A stretch of 64,000 nucleotides of DNA, taken from Takakia lepidozioides. Lineage: Eukaryota; Plantae; Bryophyta. A program made the translations under genes and the position numbers. Below the pieces are notes generated by a model. That model did not search any database. It saw nothing but the letters and a program-made list of their open reading frames with translations, and was not told the DNA's origin. How positions within the stretch are numbered: position 1 is the stretch's first letter; the number at the start of each line of letters is the position of its first letter. The DNA is taken from positions 77,004,001 to 77,068,000 of the forward strand of contig CM060731.1 in NCBI GenBank assembly GCA_030704615.1. Direction: 5' to 3'. Positions 12,794 through 26,500 of the stretch are shown in pieces.

Positions 12794-14109
12794 CTGTGAG
12801 TAACAGGACTCTGTTACAGTGTTGTGGGGGTTAGATAGATTTTTGCTTACCCTCCTGGCAAGGGTAAATTATTATATCTCCACTGTTAATCCTATGGGGA
12901 AAGGTATACCTATGAAATTTTGGTGATCTATTTATCCTTCAAGAGCGTTAAATGAATAATTATTATTTTATCCTACTCTTCATAGTGTTAGCGCACCTCC
13001 ATACTAATTAGATTCCATAAAGAGACATCCCCAAAATAGAGCATCCATTCATGCCTTTCCTTTTTCCCATGAAGTCAGGTACTGGAAAGTGATGGCTCTG
13101 GTTAAAGGTCGCAATGTGAGTTATGAGGATAGAAGATAGTATATACGAGCAAATGAACAAATGAACACCGGATGGAGAACTTCAATGAAGAATCAATTTG
13201 GTCACAACAACCCATAGTGTCATTTTGTGAGGTTCAAGTTGTCATTGACACTTTACATTTATATCTTGCGCAATAAAACACCGATACTAGTGGTTGTGGT
13301 GTGGTGTTTAGCAATCAGAATGAAGTGATCTTAGGCATTCTACTTGTTGACAAACTGACATTTTTACATATTTTCAACTTACTCAATGAATGAATGTTAT
13401 CTTTCATCGGCATGACCTGGTTTACTGTGCCTCTTGTAAATGTTAACTTATGAAAATTCGCCCTGCTTTCCAGTTATCCCTTACTATCTGTTAAGAAATT
13501 CATACTCTAGAGGCCTAACATTAAAGCAGTGTCGACTATACGAGGTAGTCTGCTGAGGATAATAAACCTCTACTGATAACTAACATGTCTGACAGTTGAT
13601 CAGTAGTTCAGATGCCAATAATGAGAGTGTCTGTCCCAACACCCATATTCTGAATCCATCCCTATCTTTTATGCAGGATTTTCAATGTCTTTGGTAAGAA
13701 CTATATAAGAACTGGAAAGCCCTACAAATGTTACGCAACTTGGTTGAAGATAGTGTTCTACATATATACTCTACCAAATTTTAACTGTACAGGGATGTTG
13801 ACTCCGAATGCAGGCCACCTATTGAACGGCCTCCCTTGAGGCTGCCCCTGCACACTGTACACCCGCCATGAACTGTGATATTACAATTACATGCTCAGAC
13901 TTGGTCCCTGCAGCTATCAAAGGCTCTATTCCACTTGTGTGTACTGGCCATGTGTGGCTGTGATTTTTTCGTAACTGTTGATCTCTCCATCTTGCTGTTT
14001 TGGTCAGACCTCAGTCAGTTTGGATCTTAAGTGAGCTATTAAACCCTGATCCTAAAAACTCTAACAGCATATTTGATTTGGGAATTCTAAGAAAGAATAA
14101 CCTCTTTTG

Positions 14110-15950
14110 CAGGTACTGGCCCTTGTCAGGGGATTGTTTCTCGCACAAGTCTCTGTTTCTCTCAATTTTATGCCCCATAACAAATGCTTCAAGTGATGAC
14201 ATATTGGGGTTTTGGTGCAGTTGCGGAGGTTGGGGCTAGCAGGCAATGTACTGCAGGAGCTGCCCGCGAGTATAGGCAAGCTGCAGCAGCTGGAGGGTCT
14301 TTGGGTCCATGGCAACATCCTTCACGTTCCGCCAGTCAAAGGTTTGTTTCGCAGGACAAAATGGCTTCCCCATCTCTTTGGGACCTGGATGATCCACAAG
14401 GTTTGCAAGGCGAAATCGCATAAAGCTCATAGCCTGCTCATGCAAGTGGAAATAGATATTGCAAATTGCTTCCTCTCTAGGACTCTGGTTTTCAGGTCTA
14501 CTTTTTTGAGAAGATGTGTTGGCATGGGTAGTACAGAGAGCTACGGCAGTTGCGCATGCTGGCACTTGCAGGGAACAAGCTCTCTACCCTTCCAGAGTCC
14601 CTGACTGAACTCAGTAACCTTCAGGTGTGCAATCAAGGTTGGCCATGTTTCCTCGCCTTCGGTTAGAAAAGGTGAGTGGTCTCCAAGTTAGCTTCTGACA
14701 GATGCTAAATACTTTTCCTTCATGTGTGAAGATAGTTCGTTGAGGCTACAGGGGAGTTGCTGTGTTGGTCTTCAGAGTTTGAAGTGCCATATACTATCCT
14801 TCAATGTGGAGTACTGTGGCTTACAAAAACCCAGTGGGTCATGTGCATCCCAGATTCTTTCAGTTGCTGGAAACCATCTCAAATCCCAGCTTGTAAGCAT
14901 CTACAGTCTTCAACCTCAGTAGTCAAGATCTCCTGCAGTTTTCAACATTGCTACCCCTCCCAACGTTACCCATGTAATTAAACATTAGCTGTCCTCATGT
15001 GTTTTGATACCAAACCTTTTGACCCTTTTGAACCCGTTATTACTGGAGCAGATCAACTTCAGCAGCACGAGCAACCAGTGGGATATCGAAAATATAGAAG
15101 GGAATATAGGAGGCCCCAAGGTGTCTTTAGATTAGAAGTGTTGTCAAATCCTCTTTTGAATACACATCAGTGCAGTGATTTGGCTTTGGCCACAAAGATG
15201 AACATATACTGGAGTTCCAGCTTCCATGGCAGGAAAACCACTAGGCTACATTCCATTTCATTTGAATTCTGGGTGGTCCTGGAAATCATCAATTATGTAC
15301 ATTCTTTCATTTGCCATACATGTATGTTTGTGTCTTAAGCATTAGTGCTTAATTAGCAAAACATTGCCTTTGATGCAGGTGTTGGAAGTTTGAAGGCACT
15401 GAAAGTGCTGGCTGTGTATGGAAATTGCTTAAAATGGGTTCCTGAAAGTTTGGGTCGACTTTCATCCCTTCAAGACCTGTGGCTTCAGGCAGGCATTGCC
15501 CCACTGCACTTGCTGCTGTATTCAATGACAGAAGAGACATCCTCTATGCTTATATCTTGTTTATCATATTCTCAAAAAATGATTCTATGATTTGCAAACT
15601 TCTCTGAGCTAGAAACCAATATCAAGTGTTATTGCAGGGCAATAGTCTGGAGGTTTTGCCTGTTGATTTGGGTGGATTGAGCTCCTTGCAGCAATTGTCT
15701 GTAGTGGATAATCTTCAGTTTTGCCTTACTCCATTGGGGAGCTTCCAGCTCTTGAAACACTTTGGTTGTAAGTCCCCTTCTCTTTGGGTCCTCTCACTGG
15801 CGTTTGTGATTGTTGTCTTCACAAAAAAATTATGGCATTGCACGTAATTGACCTGTGGTAGGCTGGGATGGCTCAGGTATGGAAACAGGTTAATTAGAGT
15901 TCCAAGGAGCCTGGAAAATTTGAAGAAGCTTGCATATGTATGGCTGGAGG
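14110..15950 (+). pseudogene. Intron-containing LRR protein pseudogene (SHOC2/PIRL-like typical LRRs)
   Basis: Exon fragments LRRLGLAGNVLQELPASIGKLQQLEGLWVHGN (14221), LRQLRMLALAGNKLSTLPESLTELSNLQ (~14541), VGSLKALKVLAVYGNCLKWVPESLGRLSSLQDLWLQ (15379), GNSLEVLPVDLGGLSSLQQL..LPYSIGELPALETLW (15639; frameshift ~15712) and YGNRLIRVPRSLENLKKL (15878). No intact start was found. Confidence 0.75.
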
Positions 15951-16776
15951 TGGGCTGCTTATGACTTTTTCTTGGAAGGTGTTTTTGATTCCTATGTTCC
16001 TTAACTTCACTCAGGGGTGGTGGATGGAGAATTAAATGAACTTCATTATTTCTGATCTTTGTACTTTAAATGGACGGATGCGGACTTGATGTTGCAACTG
16101 GTGACACATGCTCGAGTAGCATGCGTGCTTGTGAAACATGCTGGAGACAGTAGCATGTCTTAATTTCTTGCAAGAGCTAATGCACAAGTGCATTATTTTT
16201 TTTGTCTTGATCAATACTCAGATCAGTGGAACAAGATGTGGGACATTTTGTCAAGTGTTTCTCTCTGTGCAGGTGCTTAATCTCACTCCTATGTGAGACT
16301 TACGAGAGGGTGTCTCCAGAGTGCATGGTGCGAAAATAAATGTTGCATCGCCTGCAGCAGCTGACTGCATCATCCGCCCAGGCTCCATTGGCTCAGTGCA
16401 GCTTCCCTCTAACTACTAACCTTAAACACCAACGTTCAAACATACCTGCTGTTTGTGACCTCCGTGAAGAGCAAGAGTGTCCGACTCGCCTGTGTATCCA
16501 GCTTCCACGCTGCCAGGTTTCTATGTACAGACCACAAAACAAAAAGCACTGCTGAAAATAGTAAAAAGGGAAGTGGATGGCTAGCAAAGAAGGTTCAAGT
16601 ACCAGAATAGCAAAAGCAAGAGCGAGGCTTTTGATAACAAAGACATGATACCAACAATAGTCGGGCTCATGGGTATAAATTCTCAGAGGCCCAAGGCTCT
16701 GTCTTTCTCCTTTCCCCCATAATCACAAGAACACAATTAGCGAGGTTTTGTCGCCGAAACGATCTCGAGCGGCAAT

Positions 16777-17676
16777 ATGGAGGAGGAGATTTGGAGCAGG
16801 CTCCCCTTGGACAGTGTGATGGTAGTGTTGGCCTGGTTGCCGTATCGAAGTCTTGTCCGCTTTAAGTCGGTTTGCAAGTTGTGGAACTTCCTCCCATCTA
16901 CTGCTGGTTTCCAACAACACTGTCAGCACCTCTCTCTTCGCCAAGACTCCTATCTCTAGTTTTTTGACAGTTATAGAAGCCAAGTTATTTGCATGTTGTA
17001 TGCCCCCACAACTCGGCGGTTGCACAAAATCAGCATCAAATTCCCAAAGGAATTCCAATCATATTACAGCGTCTCGTGCTGCAAATGGAGGCTTATTTTG
17101 TGTTACGGCCGAGGACAAAGATTTATGGACTGTGTACAATCCTCTGTCGAACAGTTCAAGACAATTGCCTGCCCTACTCTCTTTGCTCTATTTTATACAG
17201 GAGAGAAAGGCTACATTTTGATGGCTTGTGACATTGGCACTGGGGTGTGGACTAGAGTTGCTGTGCAAATGCCTATTGTACTTTACTTTAATGGACGTGG
17301 TATGGTAGGTTGTCCTGGAAGGCTTGTAGAGAGTGATGAGCCGCTATTGCTAGCTGGGGTTATTGCTCATAGTGATGGACCCTTGCCAATATGTAGAATT
17401 ATCTTCCGTGTGTGGGAGTTCAAAGTTTCTACAAAGACTGTAGAGTGGCTGGAGATTGCAAGCACTAGTTTGGGCATTATCGACACTTACTTTAAAGTGA
17501 TGAGCCATGACAATCTCATATTCGTGTGGATGAGTATAAATCCACATTGCGACGAAATAGTTTTGATGTATAACATGAAGCAACACACATGGACACGCCG
17601 TATATTCTTTCCTCGTCGATTACGAAATAGGGCCAAGGAATACAAGAGCGGTGTTTGGTTAGCGGTCTTAGTTTAG
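16777..17676 (+). pseudogene. Intronless F-box (F-box/kelch-like) pseudogene
   Basis: F-box WSRLPLDSVMVVLAWLPYRSLVRFKSVCKLWN; in-frame TAG at 16957; the typical AANGGLFCV..VYNPL..RQLP segment is in a shifted frame (~17070-17190); C-terminal GRLVESDEPLLLAG..FRVWEF..WLEIA. Confidence 0.85.
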
Positions 17677-18208
17677 GTGCAAAAGTCTAGACAAGCTTTT
17701 CTTTTCTCTTAGAGCATGTTTCAATTCGTGAGACTTTATGGCTTCTTCTTTCCCTTCCCTTGTTGGCTCCCCAAGTGTTTGGTGCCTCATGGCGTGGAAG
17801 TTACTTTGAAGGAAAAAGATCAATTTTCTAAAAGTTACACCATTTTTCACTGTAGGGGTCCTAGTCTTTGAAAATGTCAAACTATGGCACTGGGCGTTTA
17901 AGGGTTAAGATTTATATCTTTTGCCAACCGGCAATATACTAAGAAGAGAACCCTAGAACTGGAGGATCTCAACACAAAGTTAGAATTTGTAGCCGGCTGA
18001 TATCAAAAAAATCAAATATATGTGCAATAGTGGTTCAACCTTCAGAGTATGAATTCATTAATCAAATTGAAGGAGATCTTTTTGATTTTTTGAATGGTAC
18101 AACTCAACTATATTTGTAGTCTCAGTTTAGTACATAATTTTATTAAGATTCTTTTGATAATTTTTGGTGTATTTATGTATTCGATGAAAAACAAGTAGTT
18201 GAAAGATA

Positions 18209-18405
18209 TCAATATTTGAATCAAGGCGATTTGTTTGTTTGTTTGAGATGTCCCAAACCACGGGCCCAAGCCCTGATGCTTGGTACGTTGGAAAGCCCTC
18301 GATGAGGAGGGGTGCACCGGCTTGGTCTCATGATTTTTTGGACCAGCGGTGTGGGAAATGTGGAATTTCAAGTACTTTCGGTCGTCGAAAATTCGCACAA
18401 AATAC
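18209..18405 (+). mobile_element. 5' fragment of the non-autonomous Helitron family found at 43-49 kb
   Basis: A|TC start followed by ttggaaagccctcgatgaggaggggtgcaccggcttggtctcatgattttt, near-identical to 47961-48190. Confidence 0.75.
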
Positions 18406-19740
18406 TCTGGGCTCATGGGTTACTTCGCTCATAGTCCCAAGCGGCACGATGAGTTCACTAAACTTGCGGCCTTGATGGAGACGAAAGGCCTCAAGATGCT
18501 CAAAAATGTAAAGACTTCATTGTTGGAACCTTTGAAAAGACTTCTGTCTGAATACATGATGCTCTTGGCAAAGATGATGGTTGCCAAGAAAGAGAACCAG
18601 TCGGCAAAGATAAGCGACCAATGGAATCTCGTGTGTTTTGATTTATTTCCGTGAAGGCAAATATTTTGATTTATTTGTATTGATATTTTCGGTGAAGGCT
18701 AATATTTTGATTCTACATTTTATTGCAGGCACTTCTACTCGTTTTGAAAGACCCCTACTGCCTGCTTGGCATGTGAGCTGCATCTTGCCTCTGCTAGAGT
18801 GCATTGACTGTTTGGTGCAGTTTGCACAACAAAGAGACGTGTTCATTTGTGATTTTATTGCAGCTATAAAAGTTTGCCAATGGCAGCTTTACACATTGTA
18901 TAATGACCGATCCACTTGCTTCTCCAATGATGAGTTTTGGGCTTTTAAAGGCCTGCTAGATTGCAATCATGAGCAGATACACCTCAAGTGGGTGGCAGAC
19001 CTCAATGACAATACCAAGTAGCTTGCCTTCATGGTAAACGGAGAGAAAATGTGGGCTATTCATGTTGATGCAGAGACTAGTGAGGAGCAGGGTGTAACAC
19101 GAGACTCTTTTCATGCCCTTGTTGCAAAAGTCAAATTGGAGTGCTCAAGTAAGTGACTACAACTATACTGTTTTTGATACATTGTGAACCTTTTAATTAT
19201 TATTTGAAAGTCACAGGGATTGTGGCAGGTGCAAATTTGTATATCTTTTTATAAGAGTCACATGGCTTGTGACAGCTGCGGCGGCTCAACTCATTGCCGA
19301 ATTAGAGGATCGATCTCCTAAGCAGTCTGTGCTTGATGCCCTTGGCATCATCTATTCTCAATATTGGATGCAAAGTGGGTATGAGGAAAGTTTTCGTAAA
19401 CACCTGGAGATCCTCAAAGTCATACTACTGTGAGCCTCGCAAGGTTAAGTTTGGTGACAAAAGATAAAAGATAAAGATAAAGTTTCTTTAACGTCCAGTG
19501 AATTTACAGAGAGGTGTCAGTCATTGGATTACTTGATCGGTGGAATCTCGATGCTCAGCAAGGCATGTATAAACTGTGCATGCAAAGCAATGCCAGAGCT
19601 ACCATGCATGGAGCCACCATTCGACCTTAACCCTCTTACCCGACTCTGGAGAACCATAAGTGCATCCAGAGTGCTCACACACTCAATACAGGAAAACCCA
19701 AGACTTGTAGGGATTGCAGTTGTTCATGTCTTTTGTCAGC
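18405..19740 (+). mobile_element. Degenerate hAT-superfamily (ZNF862-like) transposase, C-terminal part
   Basis: YFAHSPKRHDEF..LKMLKNVKT (conserved RW deleted)..SLLEPLKRLLSEY; LPLLECIDCLVQFAQQRDVFICDF; LIAELEDRSP..LDALGIIYSQYW; NPLTRLWRTI..LVGIAVVHVF. It carries introns, stops and deletions. Confidence 0.75.
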
Positions 19741-21678
19741 CATCTCTTTTTAAATCAGTGCTTCCTCCTTCAGTGGTTTTCAAAACAAAAACAGAAACAA
19801 GTTTTATTTTTATTTTTATCCGACAATAATATTATAAAATTTTAGTGTAGATATTTTACAAAATAGTTCTCTGTCAAGAAAACAATTGTAAGTATTTCTG
19901 TATTTCTTTCATATGCAACTACAATTTTATTTTTATTTTATTTTATTTTTTACAATTCCAAATTATAAGCACCACAATTTACTATGGCTCTCAATTAGAT
20001 CACATTTGGACCAATGCGCGTCACCGATATTACTTATATTGTATCAAACAAAAGCATACTGGTCATACCATAAATCTGTATTTATTATTTTTAAATTTCT
20101 AATTATATTTTTTGCTAGAAACATATCTCATCAACTAAGAGGAGCCGTTAGTACGCTTGTTTAGATTATATTTGATCTGAAAATGAACCTTGTTACTATG
20201 AAAGAGATTATTTTCTCCTCTCACTATAATTAAGGGGCCTGATTTGTGAGCGGTCGCTCTATGGTGTTTCTGATTTTAATATATGAGAAGCACAATTTTT
20301 TGGGGATGTACTAACACGTCTGAATTGAACAATTTTGAAATTGATAGGACCTACAGTTAATATAGCAGCCCAGTAGGATGGGTTAGATGCTCGGCTTGAC
20401 TCCCTCTCTCTTAGTCTTGGCTGTTGTCATATGCCCTCTTCATTATTCCTCCTTTCCCTTCGAATTTTTTATTTGTTTGAAGGTGTTAGCTCTTTGTACA
20501 ACCTTGTCAAGGGTCATGGAATGATCCCTTCTGCCTCATAGAGGCTTGTTAGGGTTGGAAACTTGTGTGTGGAAAGTCAGCTCATGGGGTTGATTTTCCT
20601 TGTACTTCAGTTCGAAAGTTAGTAAATTCTGTCCCCAAAACAAAACAGAAAAGAAAAGGAGTTTGTCAGGGACCGACCTCAAAGTTTCTTAAAATTCGTT
20701 TGCTCAGGACCCACTTCCCATCAACTATGTTGTATCTGATTCCAAGTCAAGTGCATGTAGTGAGGTCACCCAGTGCGAATTTCAGAAGCACAAAGATGTA
20801 CATGACGATTGAGACAATCTTAAGTTCTCATGTGGGACCACTCCCCCAGCCTTGCATCTGGATTCACAGGAGGGTTATGCACAGGAAACAGCATCGGATA
20901 ATCTCAAAAGCGGTACTTCCAGCTCACTCCCCATGAATCAAAGAATTTCCTTGTCTCAAAGGTGATAAGACAAGTTACAATTGGAAATGCAGCCATTGTT
21001 CTCATAAAGACTGGTTAGTCACCCTCCATTCAGTGTTCTTCATCCTTGCAATCTCCCAAGTGTTCCCCACAACTGGTGCATGTAAACTCTGCCACAATTT
21101 CACATGGAGACAACAAAAGGCCAGACCATGACGATGCAGCTCATTGTATGCAGATCTCTTCTGTCACTTTTTTTGTTGATGCATCTCTTGGGTTCAAAGT
21201 TCAAAGGTCAACATAAGACATAAAACCCGAGGTAGTATTCCTTGGATGTTAGGAGTTCACTCCTAGTTAATTACTCAAGAAGTTGCCAGACTGGACTTGA
21301 TGACGAATTCAGTGGTGATGAGAGGCAGCATACAGAACATTCGAGAGCCTATTACCCCCACCTTCAGATGCTAGGAGCTCAGCAACCAGCCAATTACCAC
21401 CCATATCCAGCTGCTCATACAATGGACAATGATCCCGTAAGTCTATGCCCAACTGCAAAGTCGAGAATGATGCAGACTCAATATTCTATTACTGATATCT
21501 ACTGAGATATCCTACCTATATGTACACATAATATCTGAATTGCTTGCAGAAGTCTCAAATGTCTTCTTGTCCAAATTGGCAGAACAATAAAAAACTGCAG
21601 TGCCGATTGGATTTTTGGGGAAGCAGGCCTCATATATGCCATGCTAAACATCACAAAGCAGAATAGACCTATGGCTTT

Positions 21679-23184
21679 CTAGCTTGTGTCTTTGACTTTC
21701 CCTCGAATCAGCCCTCTTTCCTGCCAGTGGAGACCAAAAGATCCTCGTCAGACTACATGAATGGCATCCACAAGTTTAATTGCTGACTCCTGATACCTGG
21801 CCCACCAACATTTGTCAATAGAAGGTGTGAAAGATTGGAGAAATAACAACAAAAAAGTCAATAAATAAATTCATCAAGCCTTTCCGGAAGGTGAATACCT
21901 GGGGATCAGGTTGGGGTCGTGTTCTCTCCACGTAAAGATGGCGATCATTCTCCCTCATCATCGCAGCCTTTTCCTGCAGAAGAACATTCCACAGCACCCT
22001 GTCATTCCGTATTACCCATCAATCAGACCTCATCTCATGCATTGGCATGGGCGTTTCGGGAGAATATGGCACCAACAGGAGATTAAGGTAAGGATGCCAC
22101 CTTCTATGCAATTATGTTGCAGTTGAGTGGATCTTGGAAGGAAGAAGAAATTCTACCCGCTCTTGAGACTGCCAACAGGCCTCCTACAATCTAAATCTTG
22201 CACCTGCTTTCTGGAAGGAGAGGCTCAGATCTCAGAGCTTATATATACAACAATCTCTCCCCCCACATTGATGTCCATAATATGAACAAGGTGTGTATTT
22301 TAATGGACCAAGGTTCCTATATGTCCTCTCTTTGGGCTTCATGTGGTGATGTCTAACGTGTGCAAGGCCAGAACAGAAAGATCAGTCAAACTGCTACCAG
22401 AAAGAAAATCTGAAAGGCAATAATCAACATCATTTTTCAAGGTAAGCCGCAGTACTGAAGTGCAGCTTCCATGATGATAGTCCGGGCCTATTCCTCTATC
22501 CTCTCATCCCCATTCCCCCCTCTTGTCTATGCCATGGTCCCAAGTCTATACAATGCACACTCACTCTCTCTAGGTGTGATTAATGTGCCGCACCACCATC
22601 TCCCGTAATTTAACGTAGCAATCACATTTGCAGAGCTCAATTTCCAGTCACATGTTCCTGCCAACCTTATACTAGTCATCAATTCAACAACCCTATCAAA
22701 ACCGCAGATGGTAGGAAAAATTTCAGACCCTTGGGTGTTGTAAAAAGAATCGGTTCAAGGCTGTGTGTCTTTGTCTACACACACACACACGCTTGAACCA
22801 CACACTAAGCCACAAATCATCATAATTCCAGCACATACCCGATCTTGCCGCCATTCACCGTTGGGAATTGATCCATTAATATCATTGAACGAGCTACATT
22901 TTCAACAACGCACATGCATTATAGTTGGAGAAAAAACGGATTTGGGATTTCCGTCGATTAATCGCCATTGATTCTCTGCAAAAAAGCAATGGACTTAAGA
23001 CCCTCAAAATCAAACAAGAATCTACCTCCCGCTCTTGCTGAACCTCCCACTCAGGCTTGACCCAGAGATAATACGCAACAACCCCCGCTACCGTCCATGC
23101 CGCCAAATTTTGACCGCCTCTCAATCCACCAAATGCAGTTGTGAGAGATTCCCGTATGTTGCGAAGGACCGTTTTGCGCGCCAT
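21679..23184 (-). CDS. Conserved uncharacterised small single-pass membrane protein, 91 aa, 3 exons
   Basis: Exons 23184-23026, 21973-21899 and 21720-21679 (GT-AG, phase 0) give MARKTVLRNIRESLTTAFGGLRGGQNLAAWTVAGVVAYYLWVKP..RHLYVERTRPQPDPQERGLIRGK. I recognise the GGLRGG.NLA.W.VAG..AY.LW.KP / PDPQ.GLI.G pattern from a plant small-protein family. Confidence 0.85.
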
Positions 23185-23561
23185 TTGATGGACACTCAAT
23201 TGCACATACCACGACTCATTGCACGACTAAGCTTCATACCACAACAGGATAAAATCCTCTCTACCACAAAAACCTGCCTACGAGACCTCCAGCATCATCG
23301 CGCCTGCCAGATAAATCGATCCGATGCGTCCACAGCACCAAATTGAAAGAGAAGTCAAGAGACAAGGTCCACAAGGAACGTGTCCCTGTCCTGTCCACCA
23401 ACCCGCTTCCTCTTGCTGCCAGCCCTAACCCTAACCCTAGCCAGAGCCCTAACTTCTTGAACAGGTGAGCAAGAGTTCCCTTTGCGGAGAAGGGTCCCCT
23501 GCAGGAAGAAGAGAAAGAAGGAAGAGCAGTGTGGGTGAGTGTGGAGCTCTGAGGTGCAGGC
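23185..23561. promoter_or_regulatory. Compact bidirectional promoter/5'UTR with telo-box-like repeats and a probable 5'UTR intron
   Basis: 377 bp separate the divergent ATGs. ccctaaccctaaccctag lies at 23423-23440 and ccctaa at ~23447. Candidate intron gtgagc...gtgcag at 23465-23559. Confidence 0.55.
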
Positions 23562-26500
23562 ATGGTGAAGGCCTACTTGCGCTATGAGGAAGGCGCAACG
23601 TTTGGCGTGGTGGTGGCAGGGCAGTCCAGGGTTGCGTATGACACGTCGGGCAAGCTGTTGCTGGCGGGCGCCTTGGAGCAGTTTCTGGTGTGGAATGTGA
23701 AGCAAGGCCGCTGTGTGTCCGCCCTCACTCCCCCTGCCACCACAGGTGTGCGCCCACCTGTTACAGCAGTGGCACCCATGCCCTCGTCAGCTTCTCTGGT
23801 AGGCTCAGGTTTAGTTGGTGGGCATTTTCACAGAGAGAGAGAGAGAGAGTGAGAGAGAGAGAGAGATCATGCCATTCCTTGCAAATGTTGGCTAGCAATA
23901 TCCTTACAGCCAAAGAGGGAGAGAGACAGACCTAGAGGTGTTTCGATGACAAGGCTCTATATTGCGATGAACACCACCGTGGCGTCCATCCCCTTGTCAA
24001 ACCAACGTAGTGGAGTCAAAGGAACCTCGCTTTTGATGGTCAGCTCTGGGCAATGCCAGATATTCACAAGTTTATCTGTACAGCTTCTGGGGCTTTGCTA
24101 GATGTTTGATGTGGATTAGTTAGATGCACAGAAAAAAATTAGTTTTGTACACAATTGTTGTGCTACTGCGCTCCCTCAGAGGATGGGACTGCTGGTGACG
24201 ACTGGATGTTATTTGAGGCGTGGAATTGTTTGTGCAAAGAACTGGTGGCAAGTGGGGGGGCTAGGAGTTATGTTCACCGGTTCATGGTTTAGAGGTTTTG
24301 GGCATGTTAGCTATATCTGTGGATCGATGATATCCTGAGAGTTACTGTGTGATGCCCCAGTGGAAGGGTTTAGGGGTTTTGGGCATGTTAGCTATATCGG
24401 CGGATCATTGATTTCCTGAGAGTTACTGTGTGATGCGGCAGTGGAAGCTAAGCAAAGGAGGAAGTCACACCCTTAGATGCAAGCATGGTGGCAGATAGTG
24501 AAAATTTGAATCTGTTGAATGCCATATGTATCACGAATTAAGGTATTACCACTATTGTGGTAGAAACAGAGATGTTCTCTGGTTATGATTACAGTGCAAC
24601 GAACAGCTTTGTTGCCTTAGACCCTAGAGGGACATATCTTCCCAGATGAGTACCATCTTAGTAGTGTGGTGTTGGAGCTCCATATCGAAATAGTGCATGT
24701 TTTACCCAGCTGGTCTCTGCTTTGCACTGGTAGAGGGTTGGGAGCATAGGTATATGAAAACTAAGTGACAATGGTTCTGTGACTCTAAACGGTAGTAGCA
24801 GATCTTAGTAGCAGATCAGGGTTACAAGGCATTCTCTGGTGTACGCAGACTTGTTCTGTCCTTTCTCTCTTTTGTTGAGAAGCTGTATATGGTGGGATGT
24901 GGTCCGATTTCTCCCTCTTGGTCATTGTCATGACTGTGGGTGAGGGTTTTAATGGTGGGTATGGCTTGTTTGTCTTTGGGCAGGTGGCAGTGGGGTATGG
25001 AGATGGAACCATACGCTTCTGGGACATTTTGAAAGGCATGTGTGAGACAGTACTGACAGGACACAAGGGTGCCATCACAGCATTGACCTATAACTGTGCC
25101 GGCGCATTACTGGCTTCGGGCAGCACTGACACAGACATCCTTGTATGGGATGCAGTGGGTGAGACTGGTCTCTTTCGCCTCCGCGGCCACCGTGATCAGG
25201 TACTTATCTGCAGAACTGTTTTCTCATGTACACAAATCTGAGAGGATTAAGCACTTGGGCAGCTTGCTGGGGCATTGTCATTGTAATTGTAAGATCTCTC
25301 CCTGTATCTGGAGCTTTTGTTCACTGTGCAGGGTGCAGGAGGCCCCTTCATCTGCCCTTCAGCAACCTTCTTGACGCAGTTTTGCTCAAATGTTTTCTTT
25401 CTCAGGACAAGGCTAAAGTAAATTTCAGGGTCTACTTCGTAAGTGTCATGCTTGAAGGTGCAAACTGTTTTAGTTCTAGCTGACGTCATGGCTGAGTCTT
25501 CCCCTTACTTTCGGAGAAGTGGCAGAAACTCAGTGTGAAGATTGTATATTGGTATGCCGATGAAATTAGCGTAGTATGATATGTGATCTACATCCACTGC
25601 TGGGAGAAGATGAAGCTGGTGGGGGAGTGGTGGCAGCTTTCACTGCCACACAGAATGAAATTGATAGTTTGAGACTTTGTGAAACAACACATTGTTAAGC
25701 CTGCAGTTGTGTTAGTTTAGGTTTTAACTTGGACTTGTGCAACATCTGTTTGGGTTACCTTTTATTGTCTGTTTTGGGTTGTTATTCTGTACTGACATAG
25801 GACTTCTCTATCCTGGGACAGTGCAAGTAACTGCTAGCTCACTGAGGCTACTTCTGAAGCAGAATTCAGTGTGACAGAACCAGCTGGTGCTAGATTGCTA
25901 ACACAGCCTCTTGTCGATACATCTTACAACAGGTCACTGACATTGTCTTTCTGGAGAAAAGCAAGAAACTTGTGAGCTCCTGCAAGGACGCGCTGGTGCG
26001 AGTTTGGGACCTGGATACGCAGAGCTGTGTTCAAACAGTTGTGGGCCATCGTGGCGCCATCTGGTCACTGCATTTGGACCCCCTCGAGCTGCATCTTGTG
26101 ACGGGGTCAGCAGACCCTGAACTTCGAGTGTATGCAATTGCACAAGAGGTCAGTTCTATCTGTTTGTCTTTACTTATTACCCTTCCACATGGGTCCATGG
26201 GGGCCAAGTTGTGCGCGCCCAAAACTAGGTGATTATCCTCTTCTATTTTCTCCATATTCTAATAAGTGTACAGCTATGGGTTGTATAAACAATGCAGGAG
26301 GCTCACAAGGATGTGGCAAATGCTGACAACAAAGATGGGCAGATAATTAACAAACTTGGAAATGGAGATGCAGACAAGAGGAAGTGGGACGTCTTGCTGC
26401 ATATTGGGAGCATCAACCGACAGAGTTCTGATCGAGTTGCAAGAGTGCAATTCAATAAATCTGGATCACTTCTGGGTTGCCAGGTGGCAGGCAAGTCGAT

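Noticed and set aside
20565-21505. 123-aa and 87-aa ORFs
   Set aside because: They have non-ATG starts and no motifs; likely UTR or intergenic.
23423-23452. Interstitial telomere or chromosome end
   Set aside because: Only 3-4 units are present, in a promoter; treated as telo-box-like.
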